Shown: positions 12,934-25,498, counted from the first letter of the stretch. The stretch: DNA of 64,000 bases from Octopus vulgaris (GCA_951406725.2 OX597825.1:64108001-64172000); one strand, 5' to 3'. A program made the numbers and translations. The notes: generated by a model not told the origin, from the sequence alone.

Positions 12934-13643
12934 AGAGGTATGACCACTAAGCGGATATCAATTATGCTAGAAGTAAACACCCTATGGTCTTACCACTAAG
13001 AAAAGATTGTTCTCAAGAAATTTCAGCAAACGCCAGAACGTAAGCGAGCATGACAAATGAAAAGAAACGAAATGTAAAGATTATTCACAAATCCGATTTC
13101 GTTGTTACCACCTACGTAATTACTTAAGTAATTGTCCGCAACTCATCAGTGTGATCGTCATAGCAAATTATAATTTGCAGAAATATACACGAGAAGTCCA
13201 CATGAGATTGAACATTAATACAATTCTACCAATTACGTTTGGGGTTATCGTTCAAAAATCTTCATTTTGGCGCGCAAAAATAGCGGAAATAATTCTGCAG
13301 AAATTTATTCTCTGCAATGAGGTTTTCCTGTTATTTAAAATAATAATGGTGAAAAATTGAATATTAATTGGATTAATATCAATTTAAAACCCGTGGTCTA
13401 GCATAGTGAAAAATCTGAAGATTCAGAAAAATTTTAATTACATACATATAAGAAAGATAACCACTAACTGGACATCCATTATGCTAGAAATAGACGTCCT
13501 ATGGTGTTACCACTAAGAAAGGATTGTTTTCAAGAAAGACTTTTGAAAGGTAACCCCAAATGTAATTGGTAGAACTGGTGATCGATGCACAGCTGGATTC
13601 GATTTTCCTGTGAGTAAGGGAACGAATACCTACCACTAAACAT
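12931..13643 (-). mobile_element. microsatellite-embedded Penelope-like terminal-repeat (pLTR) remnant with partial tandem repeat
   Basis: A 78-bp direct repeat (12943-13020 vs 13460-13537; 11 mismatches by manual count) is bounded by (CATATA)n and (TG)n/(TA)n and contains a hammerhead core. The Penelope assignment is inferred from the ribozyme type. Confidence 0.55.
13085..13154 (-). ncRNA. minimal type-I hammerhead ribozyme (Penelope-type)
   Basis: Minus-strand RNA reads UCACA-CUGAUGA-GUUG...CAAC-GAAA-U-CGG-AU-U-UGUGA. Stem I UCACA/UGUGA, intact CUGAUGA and GAAA core, stem II GUUG/CAAC, short quasi-palindromic stem III AU/AU, cleavage triplet AUU. Confidence 0.72.
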
Positions 13644-13847
<204 letters not shown>

Positions 13848-14499
13848 AGAGTATATATACTTACGCACATATATAACAATACATCGACGCACATATATAT
13901 TTATGTATATATGCTTTTCTGTGTCGCAATGTATTTGTACGCACAAACATACACAATATATACACATGCGTACTCTATGCATTCCAATGTATCTACAATT
14001 CTTGGTACAAATATGAAACGACAATATGAATATGATGATCTTAATCTTAGTTAGGGTAAGGACGAATATCCTCTCAGGATACAATATAACTACCCCATAA
14101 AGTCAAACCATGACAACCGATCAGACATTTCCTTCCTCCTACTCTGGAAGTAACATCATTTTCTAAGACACATTAAAGCAGTTGACCTCATTTCATCTTT
14201 TTCAGGGAAGACTTTCCCACGGAAAGCTCTGTCACACATCACTTCAATTACCTCGAGGAGACAACGTGAGCAGACAGGTTTATGTGGTAGATCAGTTTGC
14301 GAGAAATAGTAGCCAAGTGTCCATATAATCTAGCTCTATGGACTTAAAGTGGAAGGATTCATATATATTCATGTAAATAGAGTGTGATTACGTAAAAAAT
14401 CACGTGGTGGACTCAACGTAACCAACAACTAAACAGGTATCAATATACCGTTCGATAAATCAACAACTCCATAATCATTACAATGATCAACGCTGCATA

Positions 14500-14587
14500 A
14501 GTTTCTTTTTTACTTAGGGTATTGCTTTAAGGCGTCGGCATAGCTGGCTCTGGGTTCAGACTCATTGCATATTTCAGAGGCGTACTC

Positions 14588-14628
<41 letters not shown>

Positions 14629-14996
14629 TATACACATACATACATATACGTGTGTGTGTGTATTCACGCACATAGACATACATTGTATGCGTGTATTCAC
14701 ACACACACACATGCTATCGGCGAAGCGCAGGCACTGCACGACAGCGCGACGGAGAGCACATTCGGCCGAGCGGCGGTAACGACTACGAGACCGCGTCCCC
14801 GTCCGATGAAATCATTAGCAGCCGTCGACCGCCGCGCCTCAGCCGCTGCGTTAAACACAGACACACAAACTCGATGCATATATTTCTTTTCTACTAAGGT
14901 TATTACTTTATTTAAGGCGCAGGCATAGCTGTGTTTGAAGACGCTTTCGAGCCACATGGCTCTGGGTTCAATCCCATTGCGTATTTCAGACGCGTA

Positions 14997-15061
<65 letters not shown>

Positions 15062-15125
15062 GTGTGTGTGTATACACACACATAGACATACACTGTATAC
15101 CTGTATTCGCACACACACATATATA
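14500..15125 (+). repeat. diverged direct repeat pair (~14500-14710 and ~14880-15120) with decayed family-B SINE head, flanking a GC-rich block
   Basis: tttaaggcg..ggcatagctg..ggctctgggttca..cattgc.tatttcaga.gcgtactcat-(TA)n-..cacatagacataca occurs twice. Confidence 0.75.
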
Positions 15126-16415
15126 TATATAAATGTGAGTATGTGTCTGAAATATGTATATGGGAACATATAAGTGTGTGCTGATTTGTATAAATATACA
15201 CATAAAAACATATAATGTATTTATATAATACATAAAAACATTAAACCGCCCCAGACACCCTGGCTCAGTCATGTGCAGCAGAGTAAAGACTATGCAACTC
15301 TAGTAAGACCATATTTTTGTTTATGATTGTATTTAACGACAACCCCTTAACAGTGATAGCATGTGTATGTCTGTCCACGATGCGACGGCGGTTTGGGTAC
15401 GTGCGTCTTTGTATGTGCTCATGAATACACACTAGCGTCACGCCCTATAGAACTGACAGCATATAACGTTTCGCTTATATGAAGCTGTAGCATGGTTTCA
15501 TGATTCCAGCATTGAATCATTACCAACGAATTTAGATTACGAATACTGCAGGAAAGTGTGTAAGGTTAGCCAATATTCTAATTTTAAGTACTTTATTGTT
15601 ATACTCTTGTTTATGTCATATCACCATTGCACTTTCCCTAATGGAAGTGCTACATTTGTTTTGCAATTTACTTAACGCATTCCCCACCAAGTCCATTTTC
15701 CGTCATACAGCGTAAATTATCTCTATTTTATAATTTTAATTTCGCATTGTTTGTTTTTAATTGTGCATTGTTTTTCATGTTTTTGTCGACTACACAGTGT
15801 GGTAGGGTCAACTGGGCATAGTGTCATCACCATGACGGAATTCACTCTGCCAGAAATTTCGCATTGTTTGTTTTTAAATGTGCATTGTTTGTCGCTTAAA
15901 CTATTTTATTCATGGCAAAAAACATCCACCCTTCTTAACAGGTCTTATCTTAATTTGCCTTGATTCAATTGGAAACCACCTAAGAAATCAGGGAAACGTA
16001 CTCACTTCATTTCTTAATATTTGAATAGTACATTCTGCACTGCTATTTTGTGAAACTCCATAAAAACGTATCCACTGGGAGTATGCAAAGCATTACATAA
16101 TTGAATGTATTAAGCTAATATTGTTAGTGCATGTATAGTATTGTGGGTTTACGATATTATCGGTGGGAACACGTTGAACACTAAATCAGTATATATCTAA
16201 ATCTATATATTGTGGTATAATTAAGAGAAATCAATGCATTTAGTTTGTTGCTTCCCCATGTAGGGGAAAATGAACTCGCTAGGACGTTCTTCTCATAATA
16301 TAGTTGGAAACATGTCTCTTTATAAGTAAACTACGGTCATGCTGGTGTTCAATACGACCAATTCAGTGAAACATATTCAGTTGAGTTGACAATTTTAAAA
16401 CTGGTTCTTCATATT

Positions 16416-16605
16416 GGAGGGGTGCTGAAAAGGTCATGGCTTCAAGGTTATTTCGAAAAGCCGGACTAGTAGTTCAAATTTCCAATTTCTTTTCAAAGGA
16501 TTAGAAAAACTAAAGGATCTGTGCAATAAGTGAGTGAACCTGGGAGGGGAGTATGTTGAATAAAACCATAATTAACTGAACCTCCTGTATATTCTTTTAT
16601 TCCAT
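16416..16605 (+). mobile_element. internally deleted mariner derivative (TIR plus transposase C-terminus)
   Basis: TIR-like gaggggtgctgaaaag. 16492-16563 translates FKGLEKLKDLCNK*VNLGGEYVE*, the typical mariner C-terminal GIxKLxxRWxKCVxxxGxYVE motif. The right end is interrupted by a family A SINE fragment (16610-16700). Confidence 0.7.
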
Positions 16606-17202
16606 GCAAGGATTATATCGACCCCAGTGCGTAACTGGTTCTTAATTTATCGACCCCGAAAGGATGAAAGGCAAATTCGACCTCGGCGGAATTTGAACTC
16701 ATAAGAGTAATGAAAACCCAAACTCATTTTGGGCTGTCCCATCGGCCATTATGTGTGAAGCTTTCTGAATGAACCAAGCAACTGTTAAACTTGGAAATAT
16801 ATCAGATAAAACTATCTCTTTAAACTACAATATAACACCATGGAGAAAGAAGTATTTTATGTGTACAATAAAGAAAATGTTGACAACGTAAGGACCATTA
16901 AAACACGTTTGGTAATCTGATATTCTTTCGACAAAGATGTTATTGATTTTCTTGTGTCTATAAACAAATTATATATATGAAGAGAAAGAACACAGGTATA
17001 TTATAATATTAAAAATCTCAAAATGTGTTAGATTCAACATGTTAGTAGTGATATGGTTACAATTGTTTAAAGAGCTCATAGCATAGTACAATATCCCGTA
17101 TATAAAATTACTGCTCATCTTCGTTGAGAACAAAATATTTATTAGATTCATATTTTTCAAAAATTAAATTCATGTTTATTCATGTCCGAACCTAATAATC
17201 TG

Positions 17203-17940
17203 TATTCCTGGTATTATTAAATTGTAAATATTCTTGAATTATTTTTATCAAATTGTCAAATTTCATTCTCCAGCAAAATTTTGTTTAAGTGTGAACCATT
17301 TCTAAATAGTTGAAAATTTTATTCTTTCCTGACTTAATATATGTCTTAATTTTGTCTTAATTTTACGACTTTCAAGAGACGTTAAACGGTCTGCAGAATG
17401 ATCAAATATATCATATTGGCATATTTCCGTTTTGGTTTGCGCTAGTGGATGTATGAGGTTATATACGCCAATCTCTGCAATCTCGCTGTGAATCACTTAC
17501 TGCAGACAAAGAGTGCTCTCTTCTCTGACATAATGTTATAATATGGGCACTAAAGCCTTGCCTATTGTAAGCTCAATCTCATTCATTTTTCCCCAAGATA
17601 TATTTTTTCCATTAATCTGTTCGTGGAAAATCTTGATTAATTCAAAAATATAACATTCTGGAAGAGATGAAGGATTTCCGTTATGCTGTTTAAGGAATTG
17701 CTTTTCTGACACTAATGGATTTTCTTCAATATTTGAAGCTTTCAGGAGAAGTCCTACTATAGATTTAAGGCAATTTCAGATCCATTCCAATGGACTTTCG
17801 ATAAACAATTGTTCTGCCACATGTATAGAAATACCTTAAGAGCTAATTTCTAGTATGCTTCCTGTTATCTCTTCAACACAAATCCTTTTTCGTTTCCCCA
17901 ATATTTTTTGAACTGACTGATATGTTTATTTCATGATTTC
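17203..17940 (-). pseudogene. decayed reading frame of unknown family
   Basis: One minus-strand frame runs about 220 codons (17940-17281) with only 6 stops, including a 79-codon open stretch (NCLKSIVGLLLKASNIEENPLVSEKQFLKQHNGNPSSLPECYIFELIKIF...), and continues into ORF 17302-17496. Confidence 0.4.
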
Positions 17941-18695
17941 CGTGGATTATTCTACGTGTTATGGTTAAGTGAATGCTTCACTTGAAGCTGTTTGTCTTGA
18001 CGGCTTTGAAACTATAAATTTTATTATGAAATGAAAGATGTTGTTTCTTCTTAAAAGATGACAAATGTTGACTTCCTTTAGTAGGAACCATTAAAACTAA
18101 AATTGTTACAGGCCTTGCAATATCTCATTCCATAAAATGCATTTCACTAAAATACACTGTATTCCAAAAGTTGATTGCACATAAATGTTAAGAAAATACG
18201 CATGTAAAAGAGAAAGCTGAATATAGGAAGAAACAATCAAATGAATAAATGTTTTGCCATATAATTAGGTCTGAAATACGATGAAGGGGATCAGTGATCA
18301 CAAAACCTCAGTCCAGGGCTGGAACTTTATCTTATCAACCATGAAAAGATAAAAAAGCAAAGCTGACCGCGTCAATATTCGATCTGTGCATGTAAAGGGT
18401 CGGAGGACAAATTCTTACGCTTATTCGCCCGATAATCCAACGGTTCCGCCAGTTTATCGCGCAAGTGCTACGAATAAATAATAAGAAAATACATCCTGAA
18501 TTTTTGTTTAGAACTGAAAAATATAAACGATACCACATGAATTTTGTAAGCTACTGATTACAAATGTGATATCTGATTTGGAATTAGTTTATATTTGTGG
18601 AATATTAATTTCCCCTCGTAAAGAAGTTTTCTTACCATGTATCCAACCAGTAAAATCTACTTTGTCAAGAATCTATTCTTTTGCACAAAATCGTA

Positions 18696-19282
18696 TACTC
18701 TTACTCTTTTATTTGTTTCAATCATTTGACTGTGGCCATGCTGGAGCACCGCCTTTAGTCGAGCATATCGACCCCAAGCCTTATTCTTTGGATGCCTAGT
18801 ACTTATTCTATAGGTCTATTTTGCCGAACCGCTAGTTTACAGGGACGTAAACACACCACCGTCGGTTGTCAAGCGATGTTTGGTGGATAAACAGACACAC
18901 AAACATACACACACACACACACACGCACACGCACACATATATCGGGATCCCCTTCGGTCACGACACTAACCATGGGACTGCACCTAGAAAGTTACACTCC
19001 TTGTCACAAGTCCGAGCAATGTTGTTTATGGAAGGCCAGCAGTCACCCATGCATACCAGCCTCCCCTCTCCACACCACCAGTGTTATCCAAAGGAAAGGC
19101 AAAAGCTGATACAGCTTGGCATCAGTGATGTTGCAACTCATTTCTATAGCTGAGTTAACTGGAGCAACGTGAAATAAAGTGTCTTGCTCAAGAACACAAC
19201 AGGCAGCCCGGTCCGGGATTCGAGCTCACAGTCTCACGATCGCAAGCTCGACGTTCTAACCACTGAGCCATGCGCCTTCACT

Positions 19283-19319
<37 letters not shown>

Positions 19320-19504
19320 CACACACACACGCACACATATATACGACGGGCTTCTTTCCGTTTTCGTCAACCAGTTCCACTCACATGGCTTTAGTCGGTC
19401 GAAGCTATAGTAGAAGACAGCTGTCCAAGGTGCAACGCAGGGGGACTGAACTCGGAACTATGTGGTTAGCAAGCTAGCTACTTACCACACTGCTAATCCT
19501 ACAC
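18696..19504 (-). mobile_element. SINE family B (CORE-like, internal microsatellite) interrupted by a nested SINE
   Basis: Tail 18696-18900 and head 19340-19504 are reverse complements of the plus-strand copy at 21387-21790. Confidence 0.85.
18943..19281 (-). mobile_element. nested tRNA-derived CORE-type SINE (family D head, different tail)
   Basis: tRNA-like head at 19205-19281 and CORE-like ctggagcaacgtgaaataaagtgtcttgctcaagaacacaac, inserted in the (CA)n spacer of the family B copy. Confidence 0.82.
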
Positions 19505-19604
19505 AAGAAAGATTCGACAATTATTCTTAATTCGATTATATTCGAAAATCTCTACATGCATCTCCATAAGCTCCACCTATGCATTAAACTAGTATTGCCA
19601 TATC

Positions 19605-20007
19605 TATTTCATTACTACTCACAAGGGGCTAAACACAGAGGGGACAAACGGATAAAGTCGATTGCATCGACCCCAGTGCGTAACTGGTGCTTAATTTATC
19701 GACCCCGAAAGGATGAAAGGCAAAGTCGACCTCGGCGGAATTTGAACTCAGAATGTTGCGGCGGACGAAATACCTATTTCTTTATTACCCACAAGGGGCT
19801 AAACATAGAGGGGACAAACAAGGACAGACATAGGTATTAAGTCGATTACATTGACCCCAGTGCGTAACTGGTACTTAATTTATCGACCCCGAAAGGATGA
19901 AAGGCAAAGTCGACCTCGGCGGAATTTGAACTCAGAATGTTGCGGCGGACGAAATACCGCAAAGCATTTCGCCCGGCGTGCTAATGTTTCTGCCAGATCG
20001 CCGCCTT
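19605..20007 (-). mobile_element. dimeric family A SINE with 13-bp TSD
   Basis: TSD gtattgccatatc at 19592-19604 and 20008-20020. Two body+tail units are joined at gaaatacc|tatttc. Confidence 0.9.
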
Positions 20008-20094
20008 GTATTGCCATATCATTCAACCACACTTTAAAAATCTTCAATAAACATGAAACATTAATCTGCCCTACCAAAATTTCACTTCCAAAAG

Positions 20095-20183
20095 AAAACT
20101 CACACCATTATCAATATCAAAACACCATTATCAATATCAAAACACCATTATCAATATCAAAACACCATTATCAAAATCAAAAC
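20095..20183 (+). repeat. 21-bp tandem repeat (aaaacaccattatcaatatca) x~4; duplicated at 22320-22408
   Basis: Directly visible. Confidence 0.9.
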
Positions 20184-20480
20184 AAACTAAGACAAAGCAA
20201 GACTAAGTCTGGTTTTAACCACAACGTAAGCTATTGATGCCTATCTGACTAACACTATCATTATTCCTGTAAAATTCAACTAGCATTTGCACCACAAACA
20301 CAAACCGAAACGCCTTCGCTGCCCAAATGTCATGCCAAAACGGTTATTGCAGCGCCAACACTTCAGATATCCTTCTCAAAATAACAAAGAGTTATAAGCA
20401 TCAAAGATCCACCATCACTACAGAAGTTGAATTCACAATGCATTACCGTAAATACACTATAACAGACAGGCGTTATAATA

Positions 20481-20901
20481 TACCAATTTCTTTACTACCC
20501 GCAAGGGTCTAAACACACAGATGACAAACAAGGACAAACAAACGGATTAAGTCGATTATATCGACCCCAGTGCGTAACTGGTTCTTAATTTTTCGACCCC
20601 GAACGGATGAAAGGCAAAGTCGACCTCGGCGGAATTTGAACTCAGAACGTAACGGCAGATGAGATACCTATTTCTTTACTAGCCACAAGGGGCTAATCAC
20701 AGAGGGGACAAACAAGGACAGACACAGGGATTAAGTCAATTACATCGACCCCAGTACGTAACTGGTATTTAATTTATCGACCCGGAAAGGATGAAAGGTA
20801 AAGTCGACCTCGGTGGAATTTGAACTCAGAACGTAGCAGCAGAGTAAATACCGTTAAGCATTTCGTCCGGTGTGCTAACGATTCTGCCAGCTGGCCGCCT
20901 T
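20481..20901 (-). mobile_element. dimeric family A SINE (duplicated at 22706-23126)
   Basis: Flanked by aatataccaa on both sides (TSD). Internal junction gagatacc|tatttc. Confidence 0.88.
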
Positions 20902-21386
20902 AAAATATACCAAGAACTATGCCTCTTCTCACTGAGCATTGAATCAATTAAACCATAGCAATACACATGTAACCTGCAATGAATCAACAGCAACAACATG
21001 GGGTTGCATCCTTGTCGCTGGAAATACAATACAGCAAAATAACTATTATCAAATCTTCACATCAAGCTCTGCATTCAAAAACACAAAGACAGCTAAATAC
21101 ACGATAAAAGTACCGATATAACTATCAATGCTCCTCCAAAAGCACTTCCGTCAAGAACACGAATACAGCTGCCTTTTGTGTATCACAAAAAGACGGAACG
21201 TGAATGAATATTGGGTGTGGAGCCATAAGAGCATTTTAGCCATCGGTAATGCAAAGGAGACGCCGTGAGGAACACAGGGCGTTCAGAAGAATCGTGGGAT
21301 GATTTGTTGGAATCAAAATACTAAAATTAGGCTGGATTATATGTCAAACGCATTATTAAAAATCCTTGTCGATATTACTTGTATAT

Positions 21387-21790
21387 GCGTAGTAGTGGCT
21401 GTGTGGTAAGCAGCTTACTTACCAACCACATGGTCCCGGTTTCAGTCCCACTACGTGGAACCTTGGGCAAGTGTCTTCTACTATAGCCTCGGGTCGACCA
21501 AAGCCTTGTGAGTGGATTTGGTAGACGGAAACGAAAAGAAGACTGTCGTATATATGTATATATGTATGCATGTGCGTGTATATGTTTGTGTGTCTGTGTT
21601 TGTCTCCCCAACATCGCTTGACAACCGATGCTGGTGTGTTTACGTCCCCGTAACTTAGCAGTTCGGCAAAGAGACTGATAGAATAAGTACTAGGCCTACA
21701 AAGAATAAGTATTGGGGTCGATTTTCTCGACTAAAGGCGGTACTCCAACATGGCCACAGTCAAATGACTGAAAAAAGTAAAAGAGTAAAA
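21387..21790 (+). mobile_element. full-length SINE family B (duplicated at 23612-24015)
   Basis: tRNA-like head gtggctgtgtggtaag...ggtttcagtccc, CORE-like ccttgggcaagtgtcttctactatag, internal TA/TG microsatellite and tail ...cagtcaaatgactgaaaaaagtaaaagag. Confidence 0.88.
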
Positions 21791-21837
21791 TAGCTATCAA
21801 AACATCACTTCTACAACTGCAACACACACACACACAT

Positions 21838-21929
<92 letters not shown>

Positions 21930-22000
21930 CAAAATATGCATAACACCGGTAGCAATTGGTCATAGCTTCAAGTGCAAAGCGTCACAATTACAATTACACC

Positions 22001-22232
22001 TATTTCTTTATTACCCACAAGGGGCTAAACACAGAGGGGACAAACAAGGACAGACAAAGGTATTAAATCGATTACATCGACCCCAGTGCGTAACTGGTAC
22101 TTAATTTATCGACCCCGAAAGGATGAAAGGCAAAGTCGACCTCGGCGGAATTTGAACTCACAACGTAATGCAGACGAAATACCGCTAAGCATTTCGCCCG
22201 GCGTGCTAACGTTTCTGCCAGCTCGCCGCCTT
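22001..22232 (-). mobile_element. young monomeric family A SINE at the duplication junction
   Basis: Shares diagnostic ctcacaacgtaa.gcagac and gctaacgtttctgccagctcg with the copy at 25269-25498, not with the copy at 19605-20007. Confidence 0.9.
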
Positions 22233-24046
22233 GTATTGCCATATCATTCAACCACACTTTAAAAATCTTCAATAAACATGAAACATTAATCTGCCCTACC
22301 AAAATTTCACTTCCAAAAGAAAACTCACACCATTATCAATATCAAAACACCATTATCAATATCAAAACACCATTATCAATATCAAAACACCATTATCAAA
22401 ATCAAAACAAACTAAGACAAAGCAAGACTAAGTCTGGTTTTAACCACAACGTAAGCTATTGATGCCTATCTGACTAACACTATCATTATTCCTGTAAAAT
22501 TCAACTAGCATTTGCACCACAAACACAAACCGAAACGCCTTCGCTGCCCAAATGTCATGCCAAAACGGTTATTGCAGCGCCAACACTTCAGATATCCTTC
22601 TCAAAATAACAAAGAGTTATAAGCATCAAAGATCCACCATCACTACAGAAGTTGAATTCACAATGCATTACCGTAAATACACTATAACAGACAGGCGTTA
22701 TAATATACCAATTTCTTTACTACCCGCAAGGGTCTAAACACACAGATGACAAACAAGGACAAACAAACGGATTAAGTCGATTATATCGACCCCAGTGCGT
22801 AACTGGTTCTTAATTTTTCGACCCCGAACGGATGAAAGGCAAAGTCGACCTCGGCGGAATTTGAACTCAGAACGTAACGGCAGATGAGATACCTATTTCT
22901 TTACTAGCCACAAGGGGCTAATCACAGAGGGGACAAACAAGGACAGACACAGGGATTAAGTCAATTACATCGACCCCAGTACGTAACTGGTATTTAATTT
23001 ATCGACCCGGAAAGGATGAAAGGTAAAGTCGACCTCGGTGGAATTTGAACTCAGAACGTAGCAGCAGAGTAAATACCGTTAAGCATTTCGTCCGGTGTGC
23101 TAACGATTCTGCCAGCTGGCCGCCTTAAAATATACCAAGAACTATGCCTCTTCTCACTGAGCATTGAATCAATTAAACCATAGCAATACACATGTAACCT
23201 GCAATGAATCAACAGCAACAACATGGGGTTGCATCCTTGTCGCTGGAAATACAATACAGCAAAATAACTATTATCAAATCTTCACATCAAGCTCTGCATT
23301 CAAAAACACAAAGACAGCTAAATACACGATAAAAGTACCGATATAACTATCAATGCTCCTCCAAAAGCACTTCCGTCAAGAACACGAATACAGCTGCCTT
23401 TTGTGTATCACAAAAAGACGGAACGTGAATGAATATTGGGTGTGGAGCCATAAGAGCATTTTAGCCATCGGTAATGCAAAGGAGACGCCGTGAGGAACAC
23501 AGGGCGTTCAGAAGAATCGTGGGATGATTTGTTGGAATCAAAATACTAAAATTAGGCTGGATTATATGTCAAACGCATTATTAAAAATCCTTGTCGATAT
23601 TACTTGTATATGCGTAGTAGTGGCTGTGTGGTAAGCAGCTTACTTACCAACCACATGGTCCCGGTTTCAGTCCCACTACGTGGAACCTTGGGCAAGTGTC
23701 TTCTACTATAGCCTCGGGTCGACCAAAGCCTTGTGAGTGGATTTGGTAGACGGAAACGAAAAGAAGACTGTCGTATATATGTATATATGTATGCATGTGC
23801 GTGTATATGTTTGTGTGTCTGTGTTTGTCTCCCCAACATCGCTTGACAACCGATGCTGGTGTGTTTACGTCCCCGTAACTTAGCAGTTCGGCAAAGAGAC
23901 TGATAGAATAAGTACTAGGCCTACAAAGAATAAGTATTGGGGTCGATTTTCTCGACTAAAGGCGGTACTCCAACATGGCCACAGTCAAATGACTGAAAAA
24001 AGTAAAAGAGTAAAATAGCTATCAAAACATCACTTCTACAACTGCA

Positions 24047-24158
<112 letters not shown>

Positions 24159-24509
24159 CAAAATATGCATAACACCGGTAGCAATTGGTCATAGCTTGAA
24201 GTGCAAAGCGTCACAATTACAATTACACCGTCGCCTTATCAGACCAGAATCAACATATTCAATCATGTATATTTCCCTTCACAGAATCAACGCAAGATCA
24301 AACAATGTTGAAAGTATTTCACTGACAACAAAATAATGAGTTCATTTTCTTACCTGTGTAGAATTTTAATTAAAAATTTAATAAGATATGATTTTTCTTT
24401 TATGTTTACATATTTTAGCCATATTTTTTCAGGAAGACATTGTTATATTTATCTAAAAAAAATAATTTTACTTCTCTTTGTATAAATATCTAATTATTTC
24501 TGATTTGAT

Positions 24510-24788
24510 TTCTTCTTCTTCTTCTTCTTCTTCTTCTTCTTCTTCTTCTTCTTCTTCTTCTTCTTCTTCTTCTTCTTTCTTCTTCTTCTTCTTCTTCTTC
24601 TTCTCCTCCTCCTCTTCCTCCTCCTCTTCTTCTTCTTCTTCTTCTTCTTCTTCTTCTCCTCATTATTAATGCTTATTATTATCATTAATCTTTATTATTA
24701 TTGTTAGTAGTAGTAGTAGTAGTAGTAATAGTAGTAGTTTATACACACAAACACACACTCATGCATATATATTATATATATATATATG

Positions 24789-24844
<56 letters not shown>

Positions 24845-24859
24845 CATATATATATATAT

Positions 24860-24911
<52 letters not shown>

Positions 24912-24940
24912 GTAGGTAGGTAGGTAGGTAGATAGGTAGA
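24510..24940. repeat. (CTT)n, (TAG)n, (TA)n, (TAGA)n/(TAGG)n microsatellite cluster
   Basis: Directly visible. Confidence 0.97.
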
Positions 24941-25268
24941 AACATACATATGTACATGCATACAAATATATATTCGTGCTGTTTTTTCTTTTGTTATTAT
25001 TCAATTATTATTATTTGTGATTAGACAAAACACATATCTTTGAACAATGCTAAACCTACTTTTAAAGAGTATGCTGGAAGCACAATATGCTTATTTGAAA
25101 CCATATTACGAATACATGAAATATGTTGTATGTGAAAATGTAACTCGACTCTCCACTAAACATGCTATATTGCTGTTTTATTTCAAAAGGTTCTAATAAG
25201 GGTTGTTCGAACAGACATAGTTTGTGATTCCATTGTTAACCATCTGAAATTATTTTAGGGATATAACC

Positions 25269-25498
25269 TATTTCTTTATTACCCACAAGGGGCTAAACAC
25301 AGAGGGGACAAACAAGGACAGACATAGGTATTAAGTCGATTACATCGACCCCAGTGCGTAACTGGTACTTAATTTATCGACCCCGAAAGGATGAAAGGCA
25401 AAGTCGACCTCGCGGAATTTGAACTCACAACGTAACGCAGACGGAATACCGCTAAGCATTTCGCCCGGCGTGCTAACGTTTCTGCCAGCTCGCCGCCT
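25269..25498 (-). mobile_element. young full-length family A SINE with perfect 16-bp TSD
   Basis: TSD ttttagggatataacc at 25253-25268 and 25499-25514. Confidence 0.93.

Noticed and set aside
24478-24685. Poly-Ser / poly-Lys-Arg ORFs (and poly-Ile/Leu at 45.4-45.7 and 58 kb)
   Set aside because: They are translations of trinucleotide microsatellites.
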